This document shows positions 38,591 through 47,915 of a DNA stretch of 59,612 nucleotides, piece after piece (position 1 is the stretch's first letter; each line of letters starts with the position of its first letter). A model generated the notes under the pieces. It saw only the letters and a program-made list of their open reading frames with translations. It had not been told where the DNA came from and did not search any database. This DNA is from Gemmatimonadales bacterium. Its GTDB lineage: Bacteria; Gemmatimonadota; Gemmatimonadetes; Gemmatimonadales; GWC2-71-9. The stretch covers positions 1-59,612 of the forward strand of contig JACCRS010000052.1 in NCBI GenBank assembly GCA_013813435.1, read 5' to 3'. Made by a program: the position numbers and the translations under genes.

Positions 38591-40794
38591 TACGGCGCGA
38601 CCGCCACTCGTTTTACTCTGCTCCTGATGCCGTCCGACAACACCAGGTCCAACTCATACTTGTTGCTGGCGACCTGAACACTTCCACCCCGGGCGAACGA
38701 CAGGACCTCACCCGTTTTGGCATCCCTCACCATCACCATTGGATGGGCACGGTTATCCCACTGTAGTCCTACCCTGCCGCCCGACTGACGGCGAACCTGG
38801 ACGGAATCCACGCCTGGGCCCGCGCCCATCTGCGCGCTCGCCGCCAGGGTTGCCCTGCTCCGAACGGCTTGACGACCCTGCCCCGTAAGCCTCAGGCTAG
38901 CGAGCCGCGCCGCCTGAACATCCGAGAATGGCACGGCAAAGACGAAGCTCTGCTGATTCTTCAGGCCGTCGGCTTCTTCACTTGGCGCGAAACCGAAACT
39001 GAAGAGATTGGCTCCGTCTTCGGCCCTGGCTTCGACGGTGAACGGGCCAGGCCGGCGAGGCAGGCTCGGACGGGTGTTGACCAGAAAGGACGGCTTCAGA
39101 ACTAACTCACCATCTCGAACATGGCCCCATACCAACAGACAGGGCTGTACCGCCCCGGCGGCAATCGGCGAAGCGCTCGGTGGGGGCGAAATGAGGTGGT
39201 TCATGACGGCCGTGTAGGTGTAGTCGCCAATCCATTTGGGCTCGCAGTAGCCCATGATGTCGCTCATGGTGGCCGGCTTCAAAGCCTGGGCAGCGACATC
39301 CAGCCCGAACACCCCAATACTGCCGTTGGGGTGCGGATAGCCATTGTCCACCCCGCCCGGACCACCGCAGGGCGCATGATTCCTGCCCCAGTTATGTCCC
39401 AGCTCGTGCGCAGTTACGGCCGCACCGCTCGGCAGGTGGTCCCATCCCAGCGCGCTCCGCTCGCTGGATCCGTTGCTCACATAGGCCACACCGGCAACGC
39501 CACTGCTATAGGAAACTTTTGCCACCCCGTAGTAATAGCGCGAGGAGTTTTCCACCACCCGAAGGGCTTCGATCTCCTCCAGCACAGTCAACCAGGCATG
39601 GTTGCCGTTATCGTCCTGCAGGGTATCCGGAGTAGTAGTGGTATACGGTGCGTGGACAACGGCGTTGTAGGCCGCCACGGGATGCATCTTCCTGGTAAGC
39701 GCCAGGAATTCGTCTCGATTGGCGTCCGTCACGTTACCCACATCCCCCCGCGCTGCATGTCGCTGCTGAATGACGGGGACGAAGGTGAGGTTTACGGCTG
39801 GTACGGTCCGAACAGCCGGCGCGGCCGGCGCCAGCAGGTTGTCACTCTCATCGATCTCAGCCACGGTGCCCGCTGGGTCTACCTCGGCATCGACCCGGAA
39901 GCCGGGCTGGATGAACGTGCCCGACACGGGCGTGTTCCACGAGTACATCAGTGCGCTCTCGTCGACCGACGTGGGCACCGATGGGCCGGGCGCGGGTATC
40001 AGGGCAGTTGAGGCCAGTGCACCTGCGCTGTTGTATATCCGGACCCGGACGGCCGGGGCAGCGACGTTGGTACGGCTGGCCACTGCGAACACTCGCAGAT
40101 AGCCATTCCGATCCTTTACTAGAGGAACGCTACCATCATAATTCTGGGCGCTCTGCGTGAGATACAGCCCGGCAATACGCAAGTTGAGCGGACCGCTATC
40201 GGGAGGCGCGTAGCTGATGCCGGCGGTAGCAGCCCCCGTTGCAGGAACTCTGACCTCCTGCGTGGCCGGGGTTGGCGTATGGGGTGTGCCGCCGCTGGCA
40301 ATGACGTTCTCCGCGGCAACGGTATACGTGCCCGGGGTGAGTCCGCCCAAGGTCTCGGATGCGGTGATGCTTCGGCTGTAGTTGCTGGGCCCGCTGACTG
40401 TCACCGCTGCGTTGCCACTGGTACCCAAGCCGGTAATTGTAACGCTGAGATTCCCGCCCCCCGTGGAGTATAGGATCGAAGCGATGGCAGTAGAGCCGGC
40501 TACCGATACCGTCTGGGTGGCAGGCGTCCCACTGTAAAGAGCTGAGCCGACAGTCACATCGCTGGCGGTTACCGTGTAGGAGCCGGCGGAAAGCCCCGCG
40601 AGGGTCTGGGTGCCGGTAACTCCCTGGCTATAGCCTTCCGGCCCGGTGACGGCGAGCTCCGCGGAGGAGCCGGCGGGAAGTCCAGCTACAGTTATCGAAA
40701 GGTTACCCGTGCTCAACCCACTGGGCCCATCGTTACATGCAAGGGTAATTCCAATGACTAGAGCAGAAAGCTGCTTCCGCGAAATCAGCGGCAT
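38590..40794 (-). CDS. metzincin-type zinc metalloprotease lipoprotein with N-terminal Ig-like repeats
   Basis: Lipobox VIGITLACNDG. Two repeats of about 85 aa (GNLSITVAGLPAGSS..SYTVTASDV.. and GNLSVTITGLGTSGN..TYTVAAENV..). Extended zinc motif AHELGHNWGRNHAPC (HExxHxxGxxH). Confidence 0.8.
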   Translation of the reverse strand: MPLISRKQLSALVIGITLACNDGPSGLSTGNLSITVAGLPAGSSAELAVTGPEGYSQGVTGTQTLAGLSAGSYTVTASDVTVGSALYSGTPATQTVSVAGSTAIASILYSTGGGNLSVTITGLGTSGNAAVTVSGPSNYSRSITASETLGGLTPGTYTVAAENVIASGGTPHTPTPATQEVRVPATGAATAGISYAPPDSGPLNLRIAGLYLTQSAQNYDGSVPLVKDRNGYLRVFAVASRTNVAAPAVRVRIYNSAGALASTALIPAPGPSVPTSVDESALMYSWNTPVSGTFIQPGFRVDAEVDPAGTVAEIDESDNLLAPAAPAVRTVPAVNLTFVPVIQQRHAARGDVGNVTDANRDEFLALTRKMHPVAAYNAVVHAPYTTTTPDTLQDDNGNHAWLTVLEEIEALRVVENSSRYYYGVAKVSYSSGVAGVAYVSNGSSERSALGWDHLPSGAAVTAHELGHNWGRNHAPCGGPGGVDNGYPHPNGSIGVFGLDVAAQALKPATMSDIMGYCEPKWIGDYTYTAVMNHLISPPPSASPIAAGAVQPCLLVWGHVRDGELVLKPSFLVNTRPSLPRRPGPFTVEARAEDGANLFSFGFAPSEEADGLKNQQSFVFAVPFSDVQAARLASLRLTGQGRQAVRSRATLAASAQMGAGPGVDSVQVRRQSGGRVGLQWDNRAHPMVMVRDAKTGEVLSFARGGSVQVASNKYELDLVLSDGIRSRVKRVAVAP

Positions 40795-41033
40795 TGTTTC
40801 CTACTTCTGTAAGCGTACCGGCCTGGCGTTCTCCACCGCCACAGTCTGCTTCACCGCGAACGATGTACTCGGGAATGTATAAGCCAGCTAACGGTAAGAG
40901 GTAACCAAAAACCCAGTGACGGGCGTTCTGGTACCGTCCCAGCAATAGCTGAGCCAGGCCATGACCGGTGCGGCGCATCGAGGAGGGACTACGGAGACTG
41001 TCGAATTATTTAGGGACGCGGCTGTACAGAGCT

Positions 41034-41456
41034 CTATGCCGACTCCCGCCGGCCGGTGCACCGCCTCACTTCGTGCAATAGCCGCTCGGCCGGAAAAGGC
41101 TTGGGTAGAATGGCACACGGAGCTGTAATGCCGAGCTCCGCCAGGGCAGCGGTGGCATGTCCCGACATGAGGATCACGGGGAGGTGGGGATGGGTGGTAG
41201 CAAGCACCTGAACCAGCTCGACACCGTTCATGCGAGGCATGACTATATCTGAGACCACCGCCTCGAATTGAAATCCCTGTTTTATCAGCTCGAAGGCCTC
41301 CACCCCATCCTGGGCCTCGACCACGCCATACCCTTCCCGCTCCAGCACCCGCAGGGCGAAGCGCCGGACCGACCCCTCATCGTCCACAACGAGGATGGGA
41401 GAGCCAGCACCGGCACGCAACGGTACGGCGGACGAGCAATCGTCGAGAATCTTCAT
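41034..41456 (-). CDS. receiver-only (CheY-like) response regulator
   Basis: ILVVDDEGSVRR.., phospho-acceptor context AVVSDIVMPRMNG, and ..PVILMSGH... No output domain. Confidence 0.85.
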   Translation of the reverse strand: MKILDDCSSAVPLRAGAGSPILVVDDEGSVRRFALRVLEREGYGVVEAQDGVEAFELIKQGFQFEAVVSDIVMPRMNGVELVQVLATTHPHLPVILMSGHATAALAELGITAPCAILPKPFPAERLLHEVRRCTGRRESA

Positions 41457-41480
41457 TCCAGGATCTGTAGAGGACGTCCT

Positions 41481-41509
41481 AATATAATACAGAGAGGGGG
41501 TATAGTCAC
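41481..41509 (-). promoter_or_regulatory. sigma70-like promoter candidate for the receiver gene
   Basis: On the minus strand GTGACT-N16-TATATT in an AT-rich patch, about 25 nt upstream of ATG 41456. Sequence-pattern guess only. Confidence 0.25.
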
Positions 41510-41549
41510 TACGCCGCCGGAGAAGCCCTGCACCGGCCCGGCAGCCCGG

Positions 41550-42302
41550 TCACGGCCTGCGCCCGACCCTGAGGCTCAGCGGCCAGCTGACTTGCCGCAC
41601 CGAGGTGGGGTCTCCCCAATGAGTGGCCAGCTCCCGCCGGAGCCCATCGACTGGATCGGATCCCACCAGCTCGCGAAAGCGAACGGTGGCCGACCAGGTG
41701 CGGAGATACTCCAGGAGCTGAGACAGCGTCCAGTATTCCTTCATGCCGAAGCTCGGTGGATCGAGCTCAGTGAACGGGAAGGCGAGGGTGCGGTAGCCGG
41801 CTTCGACGTGAGCTCGCTCTGGGGGCCAGTAGGGACCGACGACGTGGCTGTAAAAGCGGGCTAGCTCTCGGTCGAGACCAGCTCCGTCTATAGTCTGGAG
41901 GCCATAGGTCCACACTGCCAACACGCCGCCGGGCATCAGGACCCGCCGAGCTTCCGCATAAAATTCGTCGGTATCCAGCCAGTGAAGTGCCTGGGCCACC
42001 GTAACCAGATTCATCGTCTCGTTGCCCAGGCCACTGGCTTGGGCTGGTGCAACGCGGTAGTGGACCCCGGGATGAGACGGAGCTTGGCTAATCATCGAAG
42101 CGCTGATATCGGTGGCGATGACGTGCCTGAACCGGCTCGCCAGGGGGATTGAAGCCTGCCCGCTCCCAGCGGCGCAGTCCCAGGCACAATCCCGGCGGGT
42201 CACAAGCGAGGCGAGATAGTCGAACAGTGCCTCGGGGTAGCGAGGCCGCCATGAAGCGTAGGCGGGAGCCAGCCGGGAGAAATGATCGGCAAACGGTTTC
42301 AC
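41550..42302 (-). CDS. class I SAM-dependent methyltransferase
   Basis: Motif I DCAAGSGQAS and ..LMPGGVLAVWTY.. Has the size and layout of Methyltransf_11-type enzymes. Confidence 0.8.
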   Translation of the reverse strand: MKPFADHFSRLAPAYASWRPRYPEALFDYLASLVTRRDCAWDCAAGSGQASIPLASRFRHVIATDISASMISQAPSHPGVHYRVAPAQASGLGNETMNLVTVAQALHWLDTDEFYAEARRVLMPGGVLAVWTYGLQTIDGAGLDRELARFYSHVVGPYWPPERAHVEAGYRTLAFPFTELDPPSFGMKEYWTLSQLLEYLRTWSATVRFRELVGSDPVDGLRRELATHWGDPTSVRQVSWPLSLRVGRRP

Positions 42303-42303
42303 C

Positions 42304-43458
42304 TCAGCGCAAGGCGCGATGGCCGCGAAGAATGCGGAGGACTTCGTCCACCGGTAGCGCCTCTACGGTGCCGCCTCGCGAGCTGACCTCGCTGGCGGCA
42401 AACAAGGAGTTATAAATGGCCTCTTCCGTTGCCTCCACCGTTGCCTGGAAGAGACCCGACATCTCCTCGTTAGCCAGCTCCGTTATGACATGCCTAGTCT
42501 GGCGCGCATCCCGTCTGACGGTCGGATTGGTTGAAAACGCGATAACGTAGTCGCCCGACCCATTGGAGGCTGCCGAACCGGTCTTGCCCAGGCCCAGCAT
42601 GGCGCGGCTGGCCAGACGACGGAGATTCCGATCCGACAGCGGAGCGTCGGTTGCTACTACTATCATGATGGACCCGCGCTCACCCTGAGACCCGGTCCGC
42701 GGCTTCACTCCACCCCGACCCAGCGCCCGACCGACCGGTACACCGAGGATCTGGAGTTCGCCGCCGAAGTTGGACTGCACCAGCACCCCTACGGTCCACG
42801 CGCTATCCGGCGCCGCGGTCAGGCGGGATGAGGTGCCGATCCCGCCCTTCCAACCAAATGCGACGGTGCCGGTGCCGGCGCCAACGCTCCCCTCGGCGAC
42901 TACCCCGGGGGCGGCCCGACTCAGAGCCTGGCGCACGTCTTCCGCCAAGAGCGGACGGGCGCGGATCGCGTTAAGCACGTAGCCGTCATTTGTCTCCCCT
43001 ACCACCGGATTTATGGAGCGCACTGTTTCCATACCCGGAAGCTCGAGAAGGTAGGCGGCCAGTGCATCAGCCGCTTTCCAGACGCACAGCGTGCAGGTTA
43101 GCAGAATCGGGGTCTCAAGCTCGCCCAGCTCGGCCAGCTGGGTGACACCTATCAGTTTGCCGAAGCCGTTACCCACATGAATTGCCGCCGGCACCCGGTC
43201 GAAATAGAGATTACCCGAGTGAGGGAGTACGGCGGTGACGCCAGTTCGAACCGAATCGCCCCGAATCACCGTGGTTTGCCCCACTCGGACTCCGCCTACG
43301 TCGGTGATAGCGTTGTGCAGGCCGGGACGCAGCACGCCAGGTGTGATTCCCAGATTGCGGGCCCGGGGCCGCTGTTGCGCGTCGGTCGGACCGGCGAGAG
43401 CCGTTACGGCTGCGGCTATCATCAGGAGACGATAGAGGAAGCAGGGTCGGCGTGCCAT
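42304..43458 (-). CDS. P1/S58-family (DmpA-like) aminopeptidase, secreted
   Basis: I prefer ATG 43458 (MARRPCFLYRLLMIAAAVTALAGPTDAQ) over TTG 43482. ..NAITDVGGVRVGQTT.., ..GSVGAGTGTVAFGWKGGIGTSSR.., ..TIMIVVATDAPL.. Confidence 0.8.
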   Translation of the reverse strand: MARRPCFLYRLLMIAAAVTALAGPTDAQQRPRARNLGITPGVLRPGLHNAITDVGGVRVGQTTVIRGDSVRTGVTAVLPHSGNLYFDRVPAAIHVGNGFGKLIGVTQLAELGELETPILLTCTLCVWKAADALAAYLLELPGMETVRSINPVVGETNDGYVLNAIRARPLLAEDVRQALSRAAPGVVAEGSVGAGTGTVAFGWKGGIGTSSRLTAAPDSAWTVGVLVQSNFGGELQILGVPVGRALGRGGVKPRTGSQGERGSIMIVVATDAPLSDRNLRRLASRAMLGLGKTGSAASNGSGDYVIAFSTNPTVRRDARQTRHVITELANEEMSGLFQATVEATEEAIYNSLFAASEVSSRGGTVEALPVDEVLRILRGHRALR

Positions 43459-43484
43459 CAGGCTTGGCTCACAAAGAGACAACG

Positions 43485-43970
43485 CTAGGCAGCTGGGTAG
43501 GGCCCGACGAGCGCCAGCTCCAGGCGGTCAATAAACTCCGCCTGTGCTGGATTGATCTTGTGGCGCGCGGTGGCCGGGTCGAACCAGGCACAGCGATCCA
43601 CCTCGGGAAAGGTGATGAGGCGCCCGGAGCCGCGGGGCCACTCGGTGCGCATGATATTGCTGGTTACTTGATCGGAGTCGGCGACCCCTTCCCAAGCCCA
43701 GGCGTGCACTAGCTTGCCCGCCTTCTGGCGGATGCTGCCAAGCGGGAGGAAAGGTCCGACGGCCCGCACGCCAGTCTCCTCCTCGAACTCCCGGCAGGCC
43801 GCAGCGAGTAGCTCCTCGCCGGGCTCAACTACACCCTTGGGAATAGTCCAGGCACCGGCGTCGCGGTTGTGCCAGAAAGGCCCCCCAGGGTGGGCCAGGA
43901 ATACTTCCAGTTTGGCCGAGGCGCGACGGTAAAGCAGCAGTCCCGCGCTGGATTTGGGCGACTTCGCCAT
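43485..43970 (-). CDS. NUDIX hydrolase
   Basis: Nudix box GVVEPGEELLAAACREFEEETGV. Confidence 0.85.
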   Translation of the reverse strand: MAKSPKSSAGLLLYRRASAKLEVFLAHPGGPFWHNRDAGAWTIPKGVVEPGEELLAAACREFEEETGVRAVGPFLPLGSIRQKAGKLVHAWAWEGVADSDQVTSNIMRTEWPRGSGRLITFPEVDRCAWFDPATARHKINPAQAEFIDRLELALVGPYPAA

Positions 43971-43982
43971 CTCAGCCGTGGC

Positions 43983-44552
43983 TTACCGTTCGAACCGCAG
44001 GGCACAGAAATATCCTGCAGGATCAGGAAGTACCCGGCGGCTGCCTGACTCAGTGACTGCCAGACCGAGATCAGACCTCCACCAGCCCCAGAAGCCCTCG
44101 GCCCCAACCGCGGTGATCTCCAGGTTGTGGGTCAGGCCACCCGGGTATCCGGCATGCCCTATCCTGAGACGCTGTCCCGCAACGACAACTCCGGGCCGAC
44201 TCGGATCGCGCGAGGCGACAGCGGCCCGCCAAGCCGAATCCCCGATCGCCAGCTCGATCCAGCCTATTAGATCGCGCACCGCACCGCCCGCTGCCCGCGC
44301 TCTTGTGGCGGAGTCGAGCGGTGCGAGATGAAGGCGCCCTCTGGCTACGGTGCCGCCGGCGGGCTGCGTCGATACCTGGATCAGCTCGTAGTCGCCGGCC
44401 AGCGAAGATGGCGGCGTTGCGATCGGGTGCTGTGCTGTTTGAGGGACGCTCGGTCCGCAGCGCGTTGGTTCGGCTGAGGGTCCCCGGGGCCGCCCACAGG
44501 AAGCCAGCATCAGGAGGCCGAGTGTTACTGGGAACCTGATGGCACCACTCAT
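43983..44552 (-). CDS. hypothetical lipoprotein
   Basis: Start placed at ATG 44552 (MSGAIRFPVTLGLLMLASCG). No recognised family. Confidence 0.55.
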   Translation of the reverse strand: MSGAIRFPVTLGLLMLASCGRPRGPSAEPTRCGPSVPQTAQHPIATPPSSLAGDYELIQVSTQPAGGTVARGRLHLAPLDSATRARAAGGAVRDLIGWIELAIGDSAWRAAVASRDPSRPGVVVAGQRLRIGHAGYPGGLTHNLEITAVGAEGFWGWWRSDLGLAVTESGSRRVLPDPAGYFCALRFER

Positions 44553-44755
44553 GAGTTGAGCGCGAGCCGTAACCTGAGGCTGAGCGGCAAGTTCGGGTCG
44601 GCGGTACGGGTGGTTACAAGGAAGGACGGAACCTCCTGGCACGAACGTACGCTCGAATCGCCCATGGGGCAACCGTACGGCGACCTCGAACCGACGGTGT
44701 TCCGCAGAACCACCAAGAGTGGTAGGCTTAGGATGAACCCCTAGCCCTGACGCTC

Positions 44756-46429
44756 ATGAATTCGCGACGCCTCCTCGGCCGCCGCCCCTCCACACCCGGA
44801 CGAATCCCGGGCAGCTCCAGTCCGGACCGCAGTCTGCCCAGTGACCTGATGATTCAGACCTGCCGGCGGGTCGGAATCGTCAGCATCGTGTTCGGATCGA
44901 TCTGGGCGTTCATGACAGTCATGAACAACTTTGTCATCCGGCTGATCAGCGAACGGATGGACACGCTGTATCCTTTCCCGGGAAACTTGGTGGGAGGCGC
45001 CGGGGTCGCGAGCTCCGTGGCGATGGTTTACCTCGCCCGCAGGATCGGCCACAAACCGCAGCTACTTATCGATCTCGGTTCCGGATATCTCGTCCTTCAG
45101 TGTCTGCTGATCTCAGTCCTTACGCACTGGATTCCCATTCCACTGGTGCCGCGGGTCTCCTGGGTCTGCATCGCCATCCTCATCTATCCCGCAATAGTGC
45201 CGAACACCCCGAGAAAAACCCTGGTGGTTTCGCTTGTGGCAGCTTCCACCGAGCCGCTGGCAATGGCACTGTCGATGCTGCGCGGCATCGAGTTCCTGGG
45301 CGGCTGGCTCTACGTGCTTTGGACATCAGTACCGAATTTCATCTGTGCTTTCCTGGTGGTTGTGCCGGTGCAGATCATCCACGGCCTGGGCCAGCAGGTA
45401 AGGCGAGCCCGCGAGCTGGGCAGCTATCGGCTTGAAGAGCCGCTCGGCAAGGGGGGAATGGGAGAGGTGTTCCGGGCCACCCACCAGATGCTGGCGCGTC
45501 CCGCGGCAGTGAAACTGATCCGCCCTGAAATTCTGGGCTCCAGCTCGCCGGGCGCGGCACGAGTGATCATCCAGCGCTTTCGGCGAGAAGCCGAAGCAGC
45601 AGCATCGCTGCGTTCACCCCACACGATCAGTCTCTATGACTTCGGGGTGGCGAACGACGGGACCTTCTTCTTCGTGATGGAGCTGCTCGATGGACTCGAC
45701 CTGGAAACTCTGGTCGAGCGCTTTGGGCCCTTACCACCGGAACGCTGTGTGCACCTGTTGCGCCAGGTCTGTGATTCGCTCCACGAGGCGCACACCCGGG
45801 GGCTGGTTCATCGAGACATCAAACCATCCAACATTTTCACCTGCCGCCTGGGACTCGAGGTCGACTTCGTGAAGGTGCTGGACTTCGGCCTGGTCAAAGC
45901 AGTGGACGAAGGTGGAAGAGAGGCGACGCTGCTCACCGCCCCCGACAGTACGACCGGCACTCCGGCTTACATAGCACCCGAGATGGTGCGGGGTGACCGG
46001 GTAGCGGATCATCGCGTGGACATATACACCCTGGGGTGCGTCGCCTACTGGCTCATGACCGGGCGGCTGGTGTTTCAGGCCCCGAATGCCATCCAGCTTA
46101 TGTATCAGCATGCCAACGCCATTCCAGTTCCGCCCTCAAAGCTGAGCGAGTTCGAGGTACCGGCTGCGCTCGACCATGTGATTCTCGACTGCCTGGCCAA
46201 GTTCCCCGAAGAGCGGCCGCAGAGCGCGGCGGAGTTATCGCGCCGGCTGCTGGCGGCGCTTCCCGAGCTGGCCTGGACCGGGGAGCTGGCGCAGCGGTGG
46301 TGGGACCGGCATCACCCCGAGGCAGCTCGCCCGGGCCAGACCGACTCCCAACGCATCCTGACCAAGACCATGGAGGCGATGTGGGAGCCGGTAGAGACTC
46401 CGTCACCGCTCGCCTCGATGGGGCCATGA
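44756..46429 (+). CDS. membrane-embedded Hanks-type Ser/Thr protein kinase
   Basis: N-terminal about 200 aa with 5-6 hydrophobic segments. Then GKGGMGEVFRA, AVKLI, HRDIKPSNIF, DFGLVK and TPAYIAPE. Confidence 0.9.
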   Translation: MNSRRLLGRRPSTPGRIPGSSSPDRSLPSDLMIQTCRRVGIVSIVFGSIWAFMTVMNNFVIRLISERMDTLYPFPGNLVGGAGVASSVAMVYLARRIGHKPQLLIDLGSGYLVLQCLLISVLTHWIPIPLVPRVSWVCIAILIYPAIVPNTPRKTLVVSLVAASTEPLAMALSMLRGIEFLGGWLYVLWTSVPNFICAFLVVVPVQIIHGLGQQVRRARELGSYRLEEPLGKGGMGEVFRATHQMLARPAAVKLIRPEILGSSSPGAARVIIQRFRREAEAAASLRSPHTISLYDFGVANDGTFFFVMELLDGLDLETLVERFGPLPPERCVHLLRQVCDSLHEAHTRGLVHRDIKPSNIFTCRLGLEVDFVKVLDFGLVKAVDEGGREATLLTAPDSTTGTPAYIAPEMVRGDRVADHRVDIYTLGCVAYWLMTGRLVFQAPNAIQLMYQHANAIPVPPSKLSEFEVPAALDHVILDCLAKFPEERPQSAAELSRRLLAALPELAWTGELAQRWWDRHHPEAARPGQTDSQRILTKTMEAMWEPVETPSPLASMGP

Positions 46430-46460
46430 GAAGGTTCAGCTCTTCCCATGTTTCGCAAAC

Positions 46461-47915
46461 ATGACGGGCCGCCTCGACCTCGCGCCACCGGGCTCCGAGC
46501 AGCCCGGGCAGCTGGACCGCGCCCTCCGCCTCTTTGCCGACGTAAGAAACGGAGAAGGCGGCACGGCGATTCTTCTCGCCCTGAACGTCTTTCTGCTGCT
46601 GGCCACGTATTACTGCATCCGACCCGTCAGGGAAGCACTGATCCTTTCCACCGAAGGTGGTCCGGAGCTGAAGTCGTATCTCGCGGCAGGCCAGGCAATC
46701 CTGCTGCTCGGATTGGTGCCGGCGTATGGGGCATTGGCGGACCGGCTACCCCGCCGACGGCTGCTCAACACCGTCACCGCCTTCTTTATCCTGTGCCTGG
46801 TTGCGTTCTATGGGCTGGCGCAGGGTGACGTACCCATCGCCGTGGTGTTCTTTCTCTGGGTCGGCATCTTCAACCTGATGATCGTGGCGCAGTTCTGGTC
46901 CTTCGCCAACGACCTTTACACCAAGGAGCAGGGCGAACGCCTCTTTGCCATCGTCGCGGTGGGCGCTTCGCTGGGCGCAGTGCTCGGGGCCAGACTCGCC
47001 GGATGGCTGATTCCGCTGTTCGGCCTGCCGCAGCTTCTGCTCGTGGCCGCAGGCCTTTTGGGTTTGGCGGTGGCCATCAGCAACCTGGTGGATGCCCGGG
47101 AACGGGCTCAACATGAAGCCCACCTCCCTTCCAGACTGACGACGGCCGAGCTCCCCGCATCCACCGGTGAGTATCAAATCCAGACCGTCGAGGACGCGAA
47201 GAAGCTCACGGTCTCACTTCCCGGTGTTGGGCCCGCTACCCGGCCCGGCACGTTCCGGCTCGTGTTCGGCAACCGCTACCTTCTGTTGATCGCGCTGCTG
47301 ATCACGTTCGTCAATTGGGTAAACACGACGGGCGAATACATTCTGGGACGCACGGTGGTGGACGCCGCCAGGGCGGCTGTGCAGAGCGGAAGCGCGGGCG
47401 GACTCTCGGAGTCGGAGTACATCGGCAGGTTCTACTCCGAGTTTCTGTTCGTTGTCAGTCTGACAGCGCTGGGGCTGCAATTGTTTATCGTCTCACGGCT
47501 CATCAAATATGTTGGAGTCCGGGTGGGCGTGATGGTGCTGCCGGTCCTGGCATTTGCCGGCTACGCCATTCTCGCGTTTGCGCCGGTTCTCGCTCTGGTG
47601 CGCATGGTGAAGATCGCCGAGAACGCCACTGACTATTCCATCCAGAATACAGTGCGAAACGTGCTCTTTCTCCCCACCAGCCGGGATGAGAAGTACAAGG
47701 CCAAGCAGGCGATCGATTCGTTCTTCTGGCGCGCGGGCGACGTGCTGTCTGCGGCTCTGGTTTTCGTGGGCGTAACCTCCATCGAGTTGGGGACCACCGG
47801 TTTTGCCAGGGCCAATCTGCTGCTCACCTGCGTCTGGCTGCTCCTGGCTCTCGCGGTGGGACGCGAGTACGCACGCAAGTCCAAGGCACTCGAGAGTAAT
47901 CCAGCCCTCCGGTGA
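46461..47915 (+). CDS. TLC/AAA-family (ATP:ADP-antiporter-like, Npt-type) transporter homolog
   Basis: Polytopic, with about 12 hydrophobic segments. IRPVREALILS and FWSFANDLYTKEQGERLF resemble TLC-family signatures. Substrate unknown. Confidence 0.7.
   Translation: MTGRLDLAPPGSEQPGQLDRALRLFADVRNGEGGTAILLALNVFLLLATYYCIRPVREALILSTEGGPELKSYLAAGQAILLLGLVPAYGALADRLPRRRLLNTVTAFFILCLVAFYGLAQGDVPIAVVFFLWVGIFNLMIVAQFWSFANDLYTKEQGERLFAIVAVGASLGAVLGARLAGWLIPLFGLPQLLLVAAGLLGLAVAISNLVDARERAQHEAHLPSRLTTAELPASTGEYQIQTVEDAKKLTVSLPGVGPATRPGTFRLVFGNRYLLLIALLITFVNWVNTTGEYILGRTVVDAARAAVQSGSAGGLSESEYIGRFYSEFLFVVSLTALGLQLFIVSRLIKYVGVRVGVMVLPVLAFAGYAILAFAPVLALVRMVKIAENATDYSIQNTVRNVLFLPTSRDEKYKAKQAIDSFFWRAGDVLSAALVFVGVTSIELGTTGFARANLLLTCVWLLLALAVGREYARKSKALESNPALR

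Noticed and set aside
40733-40978. An 81-aa minus-strand ORF in the gap between the receiver gene and the metzincin gene.
   Set aside because: There is no Shine-Dalgarno sequence; CCTCC is on the coding strand just upstream. It overlaps the well-supported metzincin start by 60 nt, and no motif is recognised.
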